64,000 bases of DNA from Barthelona sp. PAP020. Lineage: Eukaryota. The translations under genes were made by a program, and so were the position numbers. The notes beneath the pieces were generated by a model. That model had not been told where the DNA came from and searched no databases. It saw only the letters and a list, made by a program, of their open reading frames with translations. The stretch spans positions 1 through 64,000 of the forward strand of contig JARQWU010000004.1 of the NCBI GenBank assembly GCA_040182905.1, given 5' to 3'. Below are positions 19,923-30,124 of this stretch, piece after piece (position 1 is the stretch's first letter; each line of letters starts with the position of its first letter).

Positions 19923-22466
19923 TTACATTAAAATACAACATGAGTTTTCAACAATACTTTCTGTAATGTTGTCAAAAACTTCAAGTTTTGCAAATTCAAA
20001 AATATCTCCTGGCTCACACCCTCCGCACAAAAGTCGATTTTCATCAAAAGAAATAGCCATACTATTGAATGCCCAAGGACTTTTGATTTTCTGAAATACA
20101 TCTCCAGTAAATGGGCAAAAAATTGAAACTGTTCCATCAAAACAACATGAATACATTAACAAACCATCTTTTGAAAATATTATCGTGCCAATAGAAGCAG
20201 ATTCTATTCTATTATTCTTTTGTTCCCCTGTTAATATGTTGAAGAGTGTTATTGTACCGTTATCGTCACCTGTTACCCAATATGAACTATCTGGGGAAAA
20301 ACAACCACACAAAGGATAGCTTTCATGATACCAAGAAAAAATGTTGGTGAACTTTTCAAGAGAAAATAATTTTGATTTTCCATCTTCACTAATTGAGGCA
20401 AAGTATTTCATACATGGACTTATTTGCACAGATTTGACACTTTCTGCATGTTCTTTCGATTCGAAAAGCTTTTTGCCTTCAATTGAATAAAGACCAACAA
20501 AACCATTTTCCATGCCAACAGAGATAAATTGATGATCACATGAAAACTTGACTCTGTTTGCATATTGACAAATATTATAAATTTTTGTGAAAATTTGCCA
20601 CGTGGAAACCTCGTAAATAAGAATAATATCATCAAAACCACTGACTGCCAAAAATTTTCCATCACAACTGAAATTCAATCCCATCACATACATACATTCA
20701 ATTTCAGTTAAAAATTCATGAGAAATAAAGTCATAAACAAGAAAAGAACAATTATCAAAATTACCAACCACAAAGAATTCTCCATTAGGGCTATAGTCGA
20801 CCGCGAATATTGGCTCATTACTTATCCTTTGTTGAAACACAGGCTTTTCAACAAAAGATGTGTTTCCTTTACTGACAATTTTGTCTTTTTGTTTTTCTTT
20901 TTGGTCTTCCTTTTTTATATCTGTTTGTTCATTGTTTTTTTTTGATTGATCATGTCCTATAATAGCTTTATCTTTATTATAGCCATCAAACAAATTGTCA
21001 GTCAAAGTTTCAATATAATCCACAATCTCCGAAAGAAGTGGTCTGTTTTCAGGGATTGGGTCAAAGCATTTATTTATAAATTCATACCCAACAACCCATT
21101 CAACATCTTTAAAAGGCTTAATCCCAGCAATCAATTTAACAGTAATTAACCGATCATCCACACCTTCAAAGGGAGAAAGACCGGTCATTACTTCAAAATA
21201 TGTAACTCCAAAAGCCCAAGAATCAATCCCGACATGGACAACAGGAGATTCTTCCACAAATATTTCAGGAGGCATGTAACGTAAGGTGCCAAACGTTGAT
21301 AATTTTTCATTTTCTTTGAAATACCGAATCAAACCAAAATCTGAAAGGGCAATTGTTCCATCCTTTCTGATCAACACATTCGCAGGTTTAATATCTCTAT
21401 GAATAACACCAATATTATGACAAAAATCAAGAGCATCTGCTAACTGCAATAAACTTTGAACTTTTTGATCAATTGACATGAACGGAATTTCTTTTTGCAA
21501 TGATGAAGGACAATATTCCATTATATATCCCCATTGACCATCTTTACATGTCATACCAAATATTCGACAAATAAATTGATGAATAAATGTCATAGCAATA
21601 CATTCATCCTTTACTTTTTCTTTCGTGGCATTGAAGGGAATCTTAATTGCGATATCATTTCCTTTATATATGCCTTTAAAAATTTTAGCAAAACCACCAC
21701 GACCAATTTCTGAAGAATAATTGAGTCTTTCAAAATCAAGAGTTGGAATCTCAAAATTTGAGTTAATTCGTTGATTCTCAGCTTCTTCTATTTTGGTTAG
21801 CAATCCTTCTAACGTTCTATTTCGTTCAATCGAATTAATTTTTGCTAAAAACAAAGTAAATTTATCATTTAATTCCCTTTGATTTTCTGCCACTTGCATA
21901 TAGTTCTTATGTATTTCTTCCATCAATTTTTGATTCATTTCAAGCAAATGTGTTGAAATACTTTCAGTAACAATAGAAGGAATATCAGTTATAGAATAAG
22001 CGCTCAACATTAAATTCAAATCACTATTAATTTGATCAAATTTTCGATGTAATTTTGTAATTTTTTCTAAATCTGTTTTGCCAAACATAAATTTACCAAG
22101 AAAGCTGCGATTAAGATTCTTTCCAATAATATCTGAGGCAGTTCGACAATTTTCATAAAACTGGTTTAAACATTGTTTAAATGTGGTATTATGGTTTAAA
22201 TTGGAATCTTGTTTCAACAAATCTTCAAAAGTAATCGACAACCAAAGAATTCTATAAAACAAAATGGTCGATTCTTCTTGAGCATTCTTACAATCGATAA
22301 AATTTTTGGAAATTGATCCAATTACGCTTAAAATGGGAATTTCACATTCAGTGAGCAAAGAAAATAATGATTCAAACTCAATATTTTCAAGAATGTCAAT
22401 AAATCCACCAAATTTCTCATCAACTATGCCGAGAAGAGATTTTTGAAATCCTTCCAGCTCCATCAT
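19923..22466 (-). CDS. MLKL-like N-terminal helical bundle + TKL-type Ser/Thr kinase + WD40 propeller + C-terminal CaaX
   Basis: Kinase motifs IGRGGFA, IAIK, HRDIKPAN, DFG and GTLRYMPPE; about 7 WD40 blades (e.g. VKSVQISPCMKYFASISEDGKSKLF); ends SCCILM*. First ATG is at 22466. Confidence 0.88.
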   Translation of the reverse strand: MMELEGFQKSLLGIVDEKFGGFIDILENIEFESLFSLLTECEIPILSVIGSISKNFIDCKNAQEESTILFYRILWLSITFEDLLKQDSNLNHNTTFKQCLNQFYENCRTASDIIGKNLNRSFLGKFMFGKTDLEKITKLHRKFDQINSDLNLMLSAYSITDIPSIVTESISTHLLEMNQKLMEEIHKNYMQVAENQRELNDKFTLFLAKINSIERNRTLEGLLTKIEEAENQRINSNFEIPTLDFERLNYSSEIGRGGFAKIFKGIYKGNDIAIKIPFNATKEKVKDECIAMTFIHQFICRIFGMTCKDGQWGYIMEYCPSSLQKEIPFMSIDQKVQSLLQLADALDFCHNIGVIHRDIKPANVLIRKDGTIALSDFGLIRYFKENEKLSTFGTLRYMPPEIFVEESPVVHVGIDSWAFGVTYFEVMTGLSPFEGVDDRLITVKLIAGIKPFKDVEWVVGYEFINKCFDPIPENRPLLSEIVDYIETLTDNLFDGYNKDKAIIGHDQSKKNNEQTDIKKEDQKEKQKDKIVSKGNTSFVEKPVFQQRISNEPIFAVDYSPNGEFFVVGNFDNCSFLVYDFISHEFLTEIECMYVMGLNFSCDGKFLAVSGFDDIILIYEVSTWQIFTKIYNICQYANRVKFSCDHQFISVGMENGFVGLYSIEGKKLFESKEHAESVKSVQISPCMKYFASISEDGKSKLFSLEKFTNIFSWYHESYPLCGCFSPDSSYWVTGDDNGTITLFNILTGEQKNNRIESASIGTIIFSKDGLLMYSCCFDGTVSIFCPFTGDVFQKIKSPWAFNSMAISFDENRLLCGGCEPGDIFEFAKLEVFDNITESIVENSCCILM

Positions 22467-22728
22467 CCAGAAAAAAAACACTCACAAAAAAAAAAATCCT
22501 GTTCATTGCTGATTGAATATTCTTTTGATTCTTTAAAAATATTGAGTTCCCGAAATTTGTCACTTTTTTTTAACTCTTTGATGGAACAAATTCACAAATA
22601 AGGTAAACCTTTCTTGGAATACACTTTTGGACATGAATAACGCTCTGAAGGAACAAAATATCATTAAAAAGAAAAAAGAATTATTTTATAAGACTATAGG
22701 GAAAAAATCTTCAAAATTTGACTCATTT

Positions 22729-24180
22729 TTAGGCATTCAATAATGAGTAAAACTTTTCCGTATCATCAAGAACCACCCTCATTTCATGCAATAAAGTATC
22801 TGTTTTGCTGAAATATTCAGGAGTATTTTGGTAGAATTTTATTTGTAAAAACCACAATTCGGCTGAAATGTTACCAAAAGATTTTTTGCATCTGTTGAAA
22901 AAATGAATTTCTTCTGATATTTCAATTTTACCGTTTTGGACTTTATCAATCAAAAAATTCAACAAATATAAACAACTTTTTTCCAAATATCCGCATTTTG
23001 ACACCAAATCTTTTAAATATTGAAAACTACCCACTTTCCCATGTAACACACTCATATGTATCAATAAAAGACAAATCTCATCAACAGGACGATGTAATGA
23101 AACAACCAAAAACTTTTGAAAAGTTTCAAATGTTTTATCAAATCCAAAAGTCTTTAAACTCTTGTGAAGAACTAATTTGAACAATTCAATGTTTTCACAT
23201 TTTTCCAAGGCAACAAACCAAGAATCTTTTATTGTTTCTTCTCTTTCAATCAAAAGATACAAAGCCTCTTCTTTTTCCGCAACAGATTTATCACTATCTT
23301 CGATTATCATCTCAAGCTCAAATACATCATAATCTTCAATGTCCTTTTCAAGACTAAAAAATCTCTTTATATCCAGATCATCGCTGTGTTTAGTTTGCAC
23401 AGCAGACAATAACTTTTGAAGGTTATTTTCAGATAAATAACGTACATCTTGTAAATGATCACATATATCAATCAAACAACTGGTATTACATTGCTCAATA
23501 GCATCTTTTACAACTAAAACAATTGTTTCACCATCTAACAATTGTTTTTTTGCATCAATAACTTCTGAAGTATCTGTTTCATAAATTTCCAATTGATTTG
23601 ACTTGAACAAATATCCCAAATAAGCAGATTCTAAATCAATCAACGCATTCCACATATTAGCCTTATTAATATTATGTTTCAACCCTTCTTGAAGCAAAGC
23701 ACGGCCACTTTCTATGTTACGATTGCCAGAAAACTCAATTTGGGCTGTCGTGATCCAAAAATGGGCTTGTTTTGGGAATAAAGATAAAGCTTTTCCTAAT
23801 GTTTTGGATAAAGCTTTTCGTGCACCTATCTGTAACTGATGTCTAATAAACAAATTCCATAATTCCATGTCAGTGGGAAATTTTCTCAAAGCCATCAAAT
23901 AATGTGCCATTATTGCCCTTTTTATACTGTGATCAGACTTCAAAGGTTTAAGTTCCAATAATTTTTTTCGTTCACTCCTTAATAAATCCAATGTAAGATC
24001 ATATTTGATATATTCCAGAAAATCAGTTTTTTTGGCACCTCTACTGTTGATTTTTAATTCAAAACCTCGTCTTCTATCAACAATTTCACGGATTTCTTCC
24101 TCGGTAAAAATTTCAAAATCTCGATACTCCGTTAATTCAGGAACCATTCGTTCCAAATTATAATTAACCTTTAATGACAT
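22729..24180 (-). CDS. UTP6: U3 snoRNA-associated protein 6 (HAT repeats)
   Basis: N-terminus LERMVPEL...IFTEEEIREIVDRRRGFE...DFLEYIKYD is typical of Utp6 and is followed by HAT repeats. Confidence 0.9.
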   Translation of the reverse strand: MSLKVNYNLERMVPELTEYRDFEIFTEEEIREIVDRRRGFELKINSRGAKKTDFLEYIKYDLTLDLLRSERKKLLELKPLKSDHSIKRAIMAHYLMALRKFPTDMELWNLFIRHQLQIGARKALSKTLGKALSLFPKQAHFWITTAQIEFSGNRNIESGRALLQEGLKHNINKANMWNALIDLESAYLGYLFKSNQLEIYETDTSEVIDAKKQLLDGETIVLVVKDAIEQCNTSCLIDICDHLQDVRYLSENNLQKLLSAVQTKHSDDLDIKRFFSLEKDIEDYDVFELEMIIEDSDKSVAEKEEALYLLIEREETIKDSWFVALEKCENIELFKLVLHKSLKTFGFDKTFETFQKFLVVSLHRPVDEICLLLIHMSVLHGKVGSFQYLKDLVSKCGYLEKSCLYLLNFLIDKVQNGKIEISEEIHFFNRCKKSFGNISAELWFLQIKFYQNTPEYFSKTDTLLHEMRVVLDDTEKFYSLLNA

Positions 24181-24298
24181 ATTTGATACCTATTTTTTAA
24201 GTGACTGATTGAAGTTTTGAAGGTAGAACGAATATTTCAAAAAATTTGTTCAAAAAATTTTTTCCTTTCCTCTTCAGAAATTGCCTCAATTAGGAAAT

Positions 24299-24769
24299 AT
24301 GTCAACTCAAGCTGTCCAATGTTTTGGTAGAAAGGTACGTTAACTTATTAATTTATCAATTATCTAACGATTTTAGAAAACTGCCGTTGCAGTTGCCCAT
24401 GTTAAAGCCGGAAAGGGTGTTTTAAAGATTAACGGTTGCCCTCTTGAACTTGTACGCCCTGAAATTCTTCGCGCTAAGGTTGCTGAACCTGTTTATCTTC
24501 TTGGTCGTGACGTTTTCAATTCACTCGATATCCGTATCCGTGTCCGTGGTGGTGGTTATACTGCTCAAGTTTATGCCATTCGTCAAGCTATCTGCAAAGG
24601 TGTCGTTGCTTTTTATCAAAAATATGTCAACGAAGCCGCTAAGATCGATATTAAGAACACCCTTCTTGCATATGACAGAAGTCTTTTAGTTGCTGATCCT
24701 CGTCGCTGTGAACCTAAGAAATTCGGTGGTAAGGGTGCTCGTGCCAGAATTCAAACTTCTAAGCGTTAA
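24299..24769 (+). CDS. RPS16: 40S ribosomal protein S16 (uS9), 2 exons (24299-24334, 24377-24769), 142 aa
   Basis: Spliced translation [22 protein letters not shown]...[10 protein letters not shown]...[25 protein letters not shown]. The ORF track shows only a wrong-frame ORF here. Confidence 0.97.
24335..24376 (+). other. 42-nt spliceosomal intron in RPS16
   Basis: GTACGT...TCTAACGATTTTAG; it contains in-frame stops and its removal restores FGRKKTA. Confidence 0.93.
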
Positions 24770-24873
24770 TTTTTACAACTCGGTATTTTTCCTATTGATA
24801 AATTTAGATATTATCTAAAGTATTACTATTTTTTTTTTGAATATCTTTAATTGATTTATTTTTATGACAATTG

Positions 24874-27800
24874 ATGAATGAAATAGAAATTTTCAAATTA
24901 ATTGATTTACATACTTTTCCTTCCATTTATTCATTAACTTCAATAGAAAGTGTTGGAAATCGAGTATTTATTGGAACTGAAAATGGACTTGTTTTATTAT
25001 TTGTCATTACAATATTTAAGGGAGAAATAGAAGCAAGAGAAAGATACAGCGTTCAATTTGACAAGAAGAAGATTATTGAAAAAATTCTGTTTTTACCAGT
25101 TACTAACAATTTGTTGATCTTACAAGATGGTAAATTATTTGTATTAGATGGAGATGATTTGTCTAAAAGGGGAGAGATACAGAAAATCAGAGAAGCTAAG
25201 ATTATGTGCAAAAATTTACATCCTCAAGAATCAATCATTGATTTTGATAATATCATAGTTATTTCTAAAAATAAGATTTATAATATTCCTATCAATAATG
25301 AAGGACATGTAAATCGATCGAAGATCAAAAATGTATATTCTGCATCATCCAACATTCTTACTTGTGCATATGTTGGTTCATATATATTTTTTGGGACGGA
25401 AAATGGATATTATCGGTTGGATAATACCGTTGATGACTGTGAACCAACAGAGTTAGTGTCTCATTCCCAACAACCTTTAATGAGTGCTGTAGTTGATGTT
25501 ACAATGCCTTTTAAAACCGAACTATGTTTGTTGAATGATGGTAACCTTGCTTATTTTATTGATGAAAATGGTGCAGCAACAAGATCAATGATTCAATGGA
25601 GTACTCCACCAGATGGGATATTTACTTTTTTTCCTTTTTTAATATCGTACTATTCTAGTGAGATTTTTTTGCATAATTTGACAGCATCAGCTGAGACATC
25701 TATTGGAGAATCGCAAACACTGCGAACTTTTAATCGTATTGTAGGCATTTCTAATGTGTTGACTAATCAATTGTGTATGATTAACCATCCTCGTTATGCG
25801 GATAGAACTGTGCCGTTACCATTTTATTTGATTACTCGTCAAACTTTGCATGGAATTCAATTTAAAACGTTTTCTGAGCTTATTGATGAAAGTCCTGTGA
25901 GTGTTGGAAAAGAACTTTTTGACCTATTCAATGGATTCAATGAGCGAGTGTCCTTTAGTGATCTGGGATTCTCTGTTATACCAAACAAGACTATTATGAA
26001 CACCATATATCAATACTATACATGTGAAACGGAAGAATTGGTGAATTTGGGAATGGTTTTGGGCATTAAGATGTTGACCATCAATTCCAATGTAGCCATT
26101 GAATTGTTTGACAAATGTGGGATATCCCACCTAAAGTTCATTCCTTTATTGGTGCCTGAGATTTTTGGGTTTACAACAGATTTGAAAGGATGGCAATTGA
26201 ACTTGAAGAATCTCTTTTTGAGATGCCGTGACAAAAAACCTTTATATGACTCATTTATTCGATATTTCATGGCAGTCAAAGAAAAACAAACCAACATTGA
26301 GGAGCAATTTAATCCTTTAAACATGAACAAAGTTAGAAAATCGATTCAAGGTCCCAAATTACCAAGGGCTATCGAACTTAATGTTGATTTGTTGATTGAG
26401 CGCATCCTTCTGATTGAAGGGTTGTTTGAAGAAAGAGCTTTAAGACCGATAAATGATGATTGTTATTTGAAGCCACTGTACATTGTTGAAGCAAAGTCTG
26501 ATTTTGAAGATCAATATTCTGTTTTGAATGAATTTTTGGAAAGAGGCACTCTTAGCGATATCATTCAGTTGTTTTTGTCATTTATCGATAAAATTGAAGG
26601 AATCAATTGGTCGGAGCACCTTGAAAGTGTGTTAGACTCAATTATTTTTGAATTTATGTTGGAGATAAATTCTCCAGCAATTGATACTTTTATTGAAAAT
26701 GTTGAATTTAATTTGTTTTCCTTTTTATATTTTGCCCTTGCAGATCCTACTTCTGATGAAGTTGATACAGAGAATTTTAAGCGGTTAATTTACATCATCA
26801 AACTGTTAATACATAGGAGAGAGTTTTATCTTTCATTTATCTTCTGTCGTGTGATGCTTATCTTCCATTCTATTGCAGGAACGTTTGATGAAGGGTTATT
26901 GATGTTGATTATTACAAATCTCAGTTATTTGGCTTCATTGAAAATTGAAGAAACTTACGTTATCAGCGATGAAGAGCTTTTGAAAGTTCTGCCTTTAATT
27001 GATGATTGTGTTTTTGGAAAGTCTTATCTAATTTTATCAGTTAGATCTATTGAATTATTTGACACATATTTTGCAATTATAGAAAGGAAGTTATATTCTT
27101 CTGGATCTTCTTCTAATAATGAAATTGCTAATATCTATGTTAATTGGTGTTTGTTAAGCATTTACAATTACCAAAATTGTCAATTTAAAGATGAAAAACA
27201 TCTGCTTTTACTTTTTGAAAATTTGTGTGATTATCGTTTAAACGAAGCAAGAGAGATGTTTTGGGAAGATACTATTAATTCACTTTCTCAACTTATTGAA
27301 AATATTGACACAAACAACATACATTTATGTGATGAAATTGAGAAAATTTTGACAAGCTCAAAATATGGGAATAGCTTTGTTGAACAGGAAATTCAATTGT
27401 TTGAGCGGTTTGGGAAACATAATGAAACCATTAAAATAATCCTTTTACAATTGAAAGACATTAAAAGAGCAGAAAAATATTTAAATAAGCATAATTCAAA
27501 GGATTTACAAGTTTATTTCTTACAAATAGGCATGAACATAAATGATATGGATATGAAAGAACACATTAAGAACATTGTCAGTAAATGTCAACAAAATATG
27601 GATCCAACCCTTTTTTTCCAAGAAATGGATTCAAATGTATCTTTAAATGATGTTTATATCAATATTCATGATGCTGTTAGAAGAATCATAAAACAAAAAA
27701 ATCAACTGGCAAACAAGCAGGCATTTTATTCAAATTATTTATTTTATTTAAAAATGAAATTGGATAAATTAAAGAATAAAAAAGTAATGATAGACAATCA

Positions 27801-27957
27801 GACGGTATGTTCATATTGTAACGAAAAAATTAAAAACGCTTTCTTTATTCAATTGGAAGATGAGACATTATTACATGAAAGTTGTCATAAGTTGGCTTTA
27901 GAAAAATTAGATGAATCAAAAAACACGTTGGAAATTCCTAAAATTGAGGATTTTTGA
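24874..27957 (+). CDS. Vps39/Vam6 or TGFBRAP1 family protein (CNH domain, alpha-solenoid, C-terminal zinc-finger fragment)
   Basis: CNH-like start (RVFIGTENG; IQWSTPPDGIFTFFPFLI) and C-terminal CSYCNEKI...LLHESC. Confidence 0.82.
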   Translation: MNEIEIFKLIDLHTFPSIYSLTSIESVGNRVFIGTENGLVLLFVITIFKGEIEARERYSVQFDKKKIIEKILFLPVTNNLLILQDGKLFVLDGDDLSKRGEIQKIREAKIMCKNLHPQESIIDFDNIIVISKNKIYNIPINNEGHVNRSKIKNVYSASSNILTCAYVGSYIFFGTENGYYRLDNTVDDCEPTELVSHSQQPLMSAVVDVTMPFKTELCLLNDGNLAYFIDENGAATRSMIQWSTPPDGIFTFFPFLISYYSSEIFLHNLTASAETSIGESQTLRTFNRIVGISNVLTNQLCMINHPRYADRTVPLPFYLITRQTLHGIQFKTFSELIDESPVSVGKELFDLFNGFNERVSFSDLGFSVIPNKTIMNTIYQYYTCETEELVNLGMVLGIKMLTINSNVAIELFDKCGISHLKFIPLLVPEIFGFTTDLKGWQLNLKNLFLRCRDKKPLYDSFIRYFMAVKEKQTNIEEQFNPLNMNKVRKSIQGPKLPRAIELNVDLLIERILLIEGLFEERALRPINDDCYLKPLYIVEAKSDFEDQYSVLNEFLERGTLSDIIQLFLSFIDKIEGINWSEHLESVLDSIIFEFMLEINSPAIDTFIENVEFNLFSFLYFALADPTSDEVDTENFKRLIYIIKLLIHRREFYLSFIFCRVMLIFHSIAGTFDEGLLMLIITNLSYLASLKIEETYVISDEELLKVLPLIDDCVFGKSYLILSVRSIELFDTYFAIIERKLYSSGSSSNNEIANIYVNWCLLSIYNYQNCQFKDEKHLLLLFENLCDYRLNEAREMFWEDTINSLSQLIENIDTNNIHLCDEIEKILTSSKYGNSFVEQEIQLFERFGKHNETIKIILLQLKDIKRAEKYLNKHNSKDLQVYFLQIGMNINDMDMKEHIKNIVSKCQQNMDPTLFFQEMDSNVSLNDVYINIHDAVRRIIKQKNQLANKQAFYSNYLFYLKMKLDKLKNKKVMIDNQTVCSYCNEKIKNAFFIQLEDETLLHESCHKLALEKLDESKNTLEIPKIEDF

Positions 27958-28193
27958 ATCGAAATTGTAAATGTTTGTAGATAGGTTTTTTTTTTCATTT
28001 TTAATCTTTTCTTCTTATTTGTTCTTTTCAACACATGATTTGCAATACATGATGAGAAATAAACAAACAAACAAAAAATAAAAAACTGAACAGTAAAACA
28101 TTTTTACAAAACCATATTTATACGGTTCAAATATACGAAAGAAGGTAAAACAACAACTTATAATCGCATTCCTGTCAACCTTTACCGAAAACA

Positions 28194-29947
28194 TTATCTG
28201 TTACCTTGATAAACACGAGGCATAGCTCCTCTACGCATACCTCCTCCAGGGGGTTTAACGGGAACGTTGCTCATCTCAGCAGGGGCCTTTGATTTAGGAT
28301 TTGTAATTGTCATATCAACAGAAAGAATCGCGCATGCAGCTTCAGTAGCAGCAGCAATAGCGTTCATTTTGTTTGAAGCAGGTTCCCAAACATGAGCTTC
28401 ATATGTATCGCAAACATCTCCTGTGTTGATATCAACACCACACCATTGATTACCAGTTGTATGAGCTTGTTTTAATTTTGCAACAACAGTAGTGGGGTCA
28501 AAACCAGCATTTTCACAAAGTTGACGAGGAATAACCTCAAAAGCCTTGGCATAAGCAGCAAGAAGCAATTGTTCCTTACCAGCAATAGAACGAGAAACGG
28601 TCTTAATATGTTTTGCAACTTCCATTTCAATAGCACCACCACCAGCAACAACATCTGTCTTTTTAACGGCTCTCTTTACAACCATAATGGCATCATGAAG
28701 AGAACGATGAACTTCAGCCATAAATTGTTCGGCACCACCTCTAAGAATGAAAGTAGAAGTTTTGGCTTCAGGGCAACCTGAGAAATAGTTGTAACGCTTA
28801 GAACCAATTTGAATTTCTTCAAACATTTCACAAGTACCAAGAATTTTATCATTAAGATCAGAAACAGAAGTTTGAATTTTGGCTCCGGTAGCCATACACA
28901 CACGACGAAGATCAGCTGGGTCAACACGTCCAGCACAAAACATGTCATTATCAGCAAAATATTGAGTGGCAAGATCTCCAATAGATTCAGTTGAAAGAAC
29001 AATATCAACACCAGCATCACGAATTGCGTCTAATTTACGGAAGATAATGTTCCATTCGGCTTGAACAACACGTTCATAATCACGAATGTTATCAACACGA
29101 ACTTCAGCAGATTGATCTTCAGCTTGAAGTTCAAGGTCAACATTAAGGCACAAAATCTTAGGTGTCTTAAATTTCTTAGGCTGCATTTCAAATCCATAAT
29201 AAGAAAAAGTACGTTCAAAAGCAACACCTTTAACAAGTTGAATATCATTCATAGAACCACCTTCAACCTTTTTAACACCAACCATATCAAGATTAAGATC
29301 AGCTCCAAGATGCAAAACGCAATCAACAACAAGTCCAGCAAGATAATCTGAATTATTAGCAATAAGTTTTGAATTCATAGCCGTCTTTGCACATTTAACA
29401 AGAACATCACGGAATTCAGCATCATTTTGTTTATTGACAGCCATTGAAATTTGTTTGATGAGTTTAGTAGCTTCAAAAGCACCACGACGAAAAGCTTTAA
29501 TAATATGTTGAGTTTGAACACCATCTTCAATGAAAGGCTTGGCAACATTTAACATTTGACCAGCTAATAAAACAACTGAAGTGGTACCATCACCAATTTC
29601 AGCATCTTGTGACTTGGCAATGTCAACCAAAACTTTAGCTGCAGGATGAACAACATCAAGTAAATCAACAATTGTAGCCCCATCATTAGAAATTGTATAT
29701 TGAATTCTTGAACCATCTTCACGTTTCTCACCTTTATCGGAATAAATTAATTTGTCTTGTCCACGAGGCCCTAAAGTTGTACGTACACAATCAACAATAA
29801 CACTACAAGCGTTAATATTCGATATTAATTGACCAATTCCTTGGCTTTGGTCTGCTCCTTCTTTAAGAATGATGATACCTAATAAATTAGTAAAATTTCA
29901 CACCATATAATACCTGGATTCATCATCATTGGAAGTCCGCCTTGCAT
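28194..29947 (-). CDS. CCT7: T-complex protein 1 subunit eta, 2 exons (29947-29914, 29878-28194), 572 aa
   Basis: Spliced N-terminus [36 protein letters not shown]...RTTLGPRG...TISNDGAT...[22 protein letters not shown] matches CCT-eta. The gene extends upstream of the track ORF. Confidence 0.95.
29879..29913 (-). other. 35-nt spliceosomal intron in CCT7
   Basis: GTATTA...TTACTAATTTATTAG; removal joins NPG to IIILKEG in frame. Confidence 0.88.
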
Positions 29948-30124
29948 TTAGTGAGGTAATCAAAAAATAAAAGTGAGATTGTTGCGCTCTTTTTTTTTTT
30001 AATTTCTGAATTGAAATGCCAGAATTAGTTTCAAGTTCATTTTTGTAAACTGTACATTTGTTTAAATGAAATAAAAACGGCTCTCAAAAAAAATAAAGCT
30101 ATTCAATAATTTACTCACAATCTT

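Noticed and set aside
22575..22652. Possible C/D box snoRNA between the kinase and UTP6 genes
   Set aside because: Box C is imperfect (TTGATGG) and I could not match the guide to a conserved rRNA sequence.
24444..24689. 81-aa ORF from the track
   Set aside because: It is an alternative frame inside RPS16 exon 2.
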